Assembly (NCBI GenBank): GCA_015058405.1
Contig: SVCL01000191.1
Coordinates: forward strand, 19,424-83,423
DNA: 64,000 bases
Reading direction: 5' to 3'
Source: Clostridium sp.
GTDB lineage: Bacteria; Bacillota; Clostridia; Clostridiales; Clostridiaceae
The position numbers and the translations under genes were made by a program. The notes beneath the pieces are model-generated. The model was not told where the DNA came from and did no database searches. It saw nothing but the letters and a program-made list of their open reading frames with translations. This document shows, one piece after another, positions 59,476 through 64,000 of the stretch; the stretch's first letter is position 1; every line of letters starts with the position of its first letter.

Positions 59476-61416
59476 ATGGTTAAGTATTTAAAGAAATTAG
59501 TAATATGTTTTGTATTAATTTCACTTATTATTTTTCAAGGTTCTGGTGCAATGTTTGCAGTAGAGGGTAGTTTTATAGATACTTATAGTTCTAGAGAACA
59601 AAAAAAATCATTAGAAGAATTTATAGATGGATATTTTAGAGATAATATGAAGAAGTTATCTGTTCCTGGAGCTGCTATCATTATAGTAAAAGATAACAGA
59701 GTAATCTTAAAAAAAGGTTATGGGTTTAGTGATATTGAAGCAAAGCAAGAGGTAAATCCTGATAAAACAAGTTTTCCTGCTGCTTCAGTAAGTAAGTTAT
59801 TTACAGCTACTGCTATTATGCAGTTATATGAAAAGGGAAAGATAGATTTAAATGAAGATATAAATAAATATATTAGTCCTTTTAAAGTTGAAAATGAATT
59901 TAATGAAGCTGTAACTTGTTCAAATTTATTAACACATTCTAGTGGACTAGATGAACAAAATGAATTAGATTGTGGTACTTTAGATATAAATAATATAAAA
60001 TCTCAAGAATATTATATGCAAAGTCATAAGGCTAAGGTTATAACAAAGCCTAATACAATTACAAGATATTGCAATTTAGGATATAACATTTTAGGTTATA
60101 TTGTTGAAAAAAAATCGGATTTATCTTATGAAGAATATATTAAGCAAAATATATTAAAAAAATTAAAGATGGATAGAAGTAACGTTAGGATATACGACGA
60201 ATCTACTGCAAAACCTTATAGTATTGATAAAGATAAATATGTAGAAAAGAAGATCCCGTATCAATATACTTCGGGCTCTTCAGGAATAATAGCACCAGTG
60301 AGTGATATGAAGAATTTTATGATTGCAAATCTTAATAAAGGATATTTTGAAGGAAATAGAATTTTAAATGTTAAAACTTTGAATTTGATGCAAAGTAAAC
60401 AATTTAGTAATGATGAGTCTTTATCTGGAATGGGGTATGGCTTTATTAGAGATTACAAAAATGGAAAAGAAATTTTAAAGCATGAAGGTGCTTTAGCCTG
60501 TGGATACACTACAACTATGTTGCTATTACCAAAAGAAAATATAGGTGTGTACGTAGCAACTAATTCATTAAATGCACTTCCATTTAGATTTGAAGAAGAT
60601 TTTTTAAATTATATGTACGGACAAAATAATATATCAAACAATATGTTGGTTAATAAGGAAACAAAAAGCAAAGACTTAAAGAAATATGTAGGAACATATA
60701 GAAATTATGATGGAATATCTAAAAGTAATATAATGAAAATTGGATTATTGCTAGATAATTCAACAGATTTTAATATTTATGATAATAATGATGGAACTTT
60801 AACTTTAGAAGAATATACAGAATCAAAAGAAAAAGTTAAAACTAAGATTATTCAAGAGAATGGATGTATATTCAAAAGAGTAGATGGTAAAGGAAATATA
60901 GTATTTAGATTAGATGATAAAGGAAATGTAGCATATTTATTTAATAATGTAAGTGAAAGTTCTTATGAAAAAATAAGTCTTTTAGAAAAAAATGATACTT
61001 TATTTGCTATGTTAATTTTATGTTTTTTAAGTTTTTTAATGAATTTAATATATATTATCTATATAAAGATAAGAAAAAAGATTAGTATATTTTCTACAGA
61101 AAAGGCAAATAAGATATTTTATATGAATTTATTTGGAAGTATAGTAAATATAGCAGGTTTTTTTGGAACCATATTCGTAACAATTAATATGATTGATAAT
61201 TCAAGTATGCAATTAATAAATGTTCTATATATTTTTCTATCGTTTCTAATTTTAGGAGCAGGAATTGTTTTTTTTCAATTAATTAGAGTTATTTACTATA
61301 TGGTTAAGGAGAAAATAGATTATAAAGTAATAATTTATTGCTTATACACTATTATGATTAAATTTGTATTTTTAGGTTTGATAACATATCTAAATATTTT
61401 AGGTTATAAAATATAA
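59476..61416 (+). CDS. Exported serine hydrolase (beta-lactamase class C / PBP fold) with C-terminal TM anchor (start probably 59476)
   Basis: Signal-like N-terminus, SxxK (ASVSK), LLTHSSG, YxN (YCN), HEG, and 3-4 C-terminal hydrophobic helices. Confidence 0.85.
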   Translation: MVKYLKKLVICFVLISLIIFQGSGAMFAVEGSFIDTYSSREQKKSLEEFIDGYFRDNMKKLSVPGAAIIIVKDNRVILKKGYGFSDIEAKQEVNPDKTSFPAASVSKLFTATAIMQLYEKGKIDLNEDINKYISPFKVENEFNEAVTCSNLLTHSSGLDEQNELDCGTLDINNIKSQEYYMQSHKAKVITKPNTITRYCNLGYNILGYIVEKKSDLSYEEYIKQNILKKLKMDRSNVRIYDESTAKPYSIDKDKYVEKKIPYQYTSGSSGIIAPVSDMKNFMIANLNKGYFEGNRILNVKTLNLMQSKQFSNDESLSGMGYGFIRDYKNGKEILKHEGALACGYTTTMLLLPKENIGVYVATNSLNALPFRFEEDFLNYMYGQNNISNNMLVNKETKSKDLKKYVGTYRNYDGISKSNIMKIGLLLDNSTDFNIYDNNDGTLTLEEYTESKEKVKTKIIQENGCIFKRVDGKGNIVFRLDDKGNVAYLFNNVSESSYEKISLLEKNDTLFAMLILCFLSFLMNLIYIIYIKIRKKISIFSTEKANKIFYMNLFGSIVNIAGFFGTIFVTINMIDNSSMQLINVLYIFLSFLILGAGIVFFQLIRVIYYMVKEKIDYKVIIYCLYTIMIKFVFLGLITYLNILGYKI

Positions 61417-61437
61417 TTTTAGAAATGAGGAGAATTT

Positions 61438-62136
61438 ATGATTAATATATTGATAGTTGATGATGAAGAAGAAATTATGGAACTTATGGAAGTTTACTTG
61501 GTAAATGAAGGATACAATGTAATTAAAAGAAATACAGGTCTGGATATTATAGATGTAATTAAGGAAAAGAACATTAAATTAGTTATTTTGGATAGAATGA
61601 TGCCTGATATAGATGGAATACAAGTGTGTATGAACATAAGAAAATGTTATAATATTCCTATTATTATGGTTAGTGCAAAAAGTCAGGATATAGATAAAAT
61701 ATATGGTTTATCAACAGGAGCAGATGATTACATAACTAAACCATTTAATCCTATGGAATTTGTTGCAAGAGTAAAAAGCCAAGTACGAAGGTATTTATAT
61801 TTAAGTGGTGAAAAAGTAACGACTGAAAGTGAAAATGATGTAATTGATATTAAAGGAGTACAAATTAATCAAAGTAATCATGTTGTTAAGGTTCTAGGGA
61901 AAGTTATAAAGTTAACTCCTAAAGAATATGAGATATTATTGTTATTAGCAAGAAATAAAGGAAGGGTTTTTAGTAGCGAAGAAATATTCAGGCAAGTATG
62001 GCAAGAAAAATATTTTGATAATAATAATACTGTTATGGTGCATATGTGGAGAATTAGAGAAAAACTAGAGCAAAATCCTAAGGATCCTAAGATAATAGAA
62101 ACAGTATGGGGAGTGGGGTATAAAATTGAAGAGTAG
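61438..62136 (+). CDS. OmpR/VanR-family response regulator
   Basis: ILIVDDE, LDRMMP, GADDYITKPF; winged-helix motifs LTPKEYEIL and ETVWGVGY. Confidence 0.95.
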   Translation: MINILIVDDEEEIMELMEVYLVNEGYNVIKRNTGLDIIDVIKEKNIKLVILDRMMPDIDGIQVCMNIRKCYNIPIIMVSAKSQDIDKIYGLSTGADDYITKPFNPMEFVARVKSQVRRYLYLSGEKVTTESENDVIDIKGVQINQSNHVVKVLGKVIKLTPKEYEILLLLARNKGRVFSSEEIFRQVWQEKYFDNNNTVMVHMWRIREKLEQNPKDPKIIETVWGVGYKIEE

Positions 62137-63220
62137 GAGTTTAAAATATACTATAATTTTTAATTTAATATTTAGTAGTGTAGTTTCAATGATAATTACA
62201 TTATCATTGTTATCTTTATCTATGATTGGTATGTATATAGTTTCTTCGGAATTATTTTACAATTTTATCAATTTATATCACGAAAATAGAAGATTTATGG
62301 ATATATTTTCTATAGGATGTTTAATATTTTTTATTGTGTTATTTTGTTTTATTTTTATTAAGAGAATTAACTTTATTTCTGAATATTTAGGTGAAATTTC
62401 TTTTAATTTAAAAAAGGTATCTAATGGGGATATGGATATAAATATACCTATTAGAAGAGATGATGAATTAGGAAGATTAGCAGAAGATGTTAATAAAATG
62501 GCTAGTGATTTACAATGTTTAATGGAAAAGGAAAGAGTATGGGAACGTGATAAAAATAATTTGATAACAAATTTATCTCATGATTTACGTACTCCGCTTA
62601 CTTCGATTTTAGGGTTCTTAGAGTTAATAAAGAATACTAATTATAAGGATGAAGAAACATATAAGCATTATTGTAGTATTGCATTAAGTAAAACTAAAGA
62701 ATTAAATGATGCTATAGAGCAATTATTTGAATTTACTAGCATAAACAATGTAGATGTTAAATTAAATAAACAAAATATATCTTTAGATGAATTAGTAGAG
62801 CAAGTTATAATTGGATTTATACCTAACCTTGAGAAGAATAATATGGAATATAGAATTGTTTCTAAGAATAGGTTAAAAACAATTAATGTTGATGTAAAAC
62901 TTTTATTACGAGCTTTTGAAAATCTAATTATTAATAGTATTAAGTACGGGTGTGAAGGAAAGTATTTAGACATAGAATTAGAAGATGAAGGTGATAAAGC
63001 TAGAATAAGTTTTATTAATTATGGAGAAGAAATTAAAGAAGAAGATATGAAAAATCTGTTTGAAAAGTTCTACAGAATAGAAAAAACATGTAAAAAGAAA
63101 GAAGGAACAGGTTTAGGTTTAGCTATAGTTAAAGCAATAGTAGAACAACATAAAGGAGAAATTAAAGTATTGAGTTCAAAAGAAAAAACAGAATTTAGAA
63201 TTGAATTACCATATTTGTAA
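62126..63220 (+). CDS. Sensor histidine kinase (HAMP-HisKA-HATPase), VanS-like, very short external loop
   Basis: Two TM segments, RRDDELGRLA (HAMP), H-box LSHDLRTPLT, NLIINSIKY, GTGLGLAI. Confidence 0.95.
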   Translation: MKSRSLKYTIIFNLIFSSVVSMIITLSLLSLSMIGMYIVSSELFYNFINLYHENRRFMDIFSIGCLIFFIVLFCFIFIKRINFISEYLGEISFNLKKVSNGDMDINIPIRRDDELGRLAEDVNKMASDLQCLMEKERVWERDKNNLITNLSHDLRTPLTSILGFLELIKNTNYKDEETYKHYCSIALSKTKELNDAIEQLFEFTSINNVDVKLNKQNISLDELVEQVIIGFIPNLEKNNMEYRIVSKNRLKTINVDVKLLLRAFENLIINSIKYGCEGKYLDIELEDEGDKARISFINYGEEIKEEDMKNLFEKFYRIEKTCKKKEGTGLGLAIVKAIVEQHKGEIKVLSSKEKTEFRIELPYL

Positions 63221-63248
63221 TTTAGCTTTTGGAATTTGGTATTAAATA

Positions 63249-63365
63249 TTAAGAAATGCTTTGGACTATGCACAAATAAATAATAAATAAAGGAGATTTC
63301 AAAAATGAAACTGTAGTCATTATGAAAAAAGTTTTCTTAAATTTATAGTCCAAAGTATTTCTTAA
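63249..63365. repeat. 21-bp long-range inverted repeat downstream of the histidine kinase gene
   Basis: TTAAGAAATGCTTTGGACTAT (63249-63269) and ATAGTCCAAAGTATTTCTTAA (63345-63365); 20/21 match, 75-nt spacer. Confidence 0.75.
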
Positions 63366-63524
63366 ATTTTCAAATAAAAACGTAACTTATAGCATACATT
63401 TTTATTGAGGTAAATGTGTAAATTTATTAGGATGATTTACTACATCTTAAATACTTGACAAAAATACAAAAAATATACATATAAAAATAAATTTTTTAAA
63501 ATATAAATAGAAAATTCATAAAGT

Positions 63525-63570
63525 AGTAAATAAGTAATTAATAATAACTAATTAATTACTTATTTACTTT
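63525..63570 (+). terminator. Hairpin, terminator-like, just upstream of the HD gene promoter
   Basis: 18-bp perfect inverted repeat AGTAAATAAGTAATTAAT / ATTAATTACTTATTTACT followed by TT. Extended -10 TGTTATAAT follows at ~63580-63588. Confidence 0.6.
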
Positions 63571-63623
63571 CAATATATATGTTATAATAAGATACCAAAT
63601 TAGAGAAAGTAAGAGGAAACTAT

Positions 63624-64000
63624 ATGATAAGCAATAGATTGAAAAAACAATTAGATTTCATTATTGAAATAGATAAAATAAAAAATGTTTTTCGCATGTC
63701 ATACATTGCAGATGGAAGTAGACGTGAAAATGATGCAGAACATTCATGGCATTTAGGGATAATGGCAGCTATTTTATCAGAATATATAAAAGACGATATT
63801 AATATTAGTATGGTATTAAAAATGGTACTTATTCATGACTTAGTTGAAATATATGCTGGTGATACCTTTGCTTTTGATGAAGAGGGGTATTTAGATAAAT
63901 CAGATAGAGAAGAAAAAGCAGCAGAAGAGCTGTTTGGTAGATTGCCAGAAGATCAAAAAAGTGAATTTAAAGGTTTGTGGGAAGAATTTGAACAATGTAA
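63624..64000 (+). CDS. HD-domain phosphohydrolase (HDDC2/YfbR-like), truncated by window end; absent from the ORF track
   Basis: Translates MISNRLKKQLDFIIEIDKIKNVFR...RRENDAEHSWHL...MVLIHDLVEIYAGD...LWEEFE, open to the end of the window; AAGAGG RBS. Confidence 0.9.
   Translation, partial: MISNRLKKQLDFIIEIDKIKNVFRMSYIADGSRRENDAEHSWHLGIMAAILSEYIKDDINISMVLKMVLIHDLVEIYAGDTFAFDEEGYLDKSDREEKAAEELFGRLPEDQKSEFKGLWEEFEQC

Noticed and set aside
59476-61416. ClbP-type prodrug-activating peptidase implying a colibactin-like pathway
   Set aside because: No Asn-specific starter module and no aminomalonyl or cyclopropane-forming genes; the starter is FAAL-Cys. Kept only as a possible resistance peptidase.
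1154-63273. Short antisense or overlapping ORFs in the track (e.g. 1154-1375, 3039-3305, 5679-5867, 9994-10287, 15792-16157, 25621-26169, 46349-46831, 47600-47863, 62668-62973)
   Set aside because: They lie opposite or inside well-supported genes, are rich in Ile/Leu/Phe/Ser as expected for reverse-complemented AT-rich coding DNA, and have no recognisable motifs or RBS.
1-64000. CRISPR arrays, rRNA/tRNA genes, transposases, integrases, riboswitches
   Set aside because: None recognisable: no regularly spaced repeats, no GC-rich structural RNA blocks, and no DDE or tyrosine recombinase ORFs. No Sfp-type PPTase or MbtH gene was seen either; a PPTase is presumably encoded elsewhere.

Overview
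Very AT-rich, Clostridium-like chromosomal window. The first ~19 kb holds housekeeping and accessory genes: LCP fragment, EcsC-like protein, a collapsed MCP relic, helD, an orphan CrtN/CrtI-type desaturase, GNAT, DUF2232, glgB, a B12-radical-SAM + LysE pair, a C-terminally truncated MCP, an alternative sigma factor, DUF445 and pyc. From ~19.5 to ~59.3 kb (possibly to 63.2 kb) lies one co-directional hybrid NRPS/trans-AT PKS gene cluster that I do not recognise as a characterised pathway. Gene order: TE-II, SagB/BmdC-type oxidase, FAAL-ACP-Cy-A(Cys)-PCP-Cy-A(Cys)-PCP-E, stand-alone C, A(Val)-PCP-E-C, A(basic?)-PCP-E, C-A(Leu)-PCP, trans-AT, KS-ACP-C (no KR), CPBP protein, A(Tyr)-PCP-R, MFS, ABC pair, LoaP, then a membrane-anchored serine hydrolase and an OmpR/HK pair. 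By-eye collinear prediction: fatty acyl-thiazol(in)e-thiazol(in)e-D-Val-D-(Arg/Orn/Lys?)-Leu-[unreduced malonyl]-Tyr, reductively released as an aldehyde or alcohol, or cyclised to a pyrrolinone. Other notable features: an epimerase directly after a heterocyclisation module; a recurring half-C-domain / acidic F-x-F tail pairing at protein junctions; a strong terminator inside the operon together with LoaP and a UUCG leader hairpin. All assignments come from motifs read by eye; no database searches were run.
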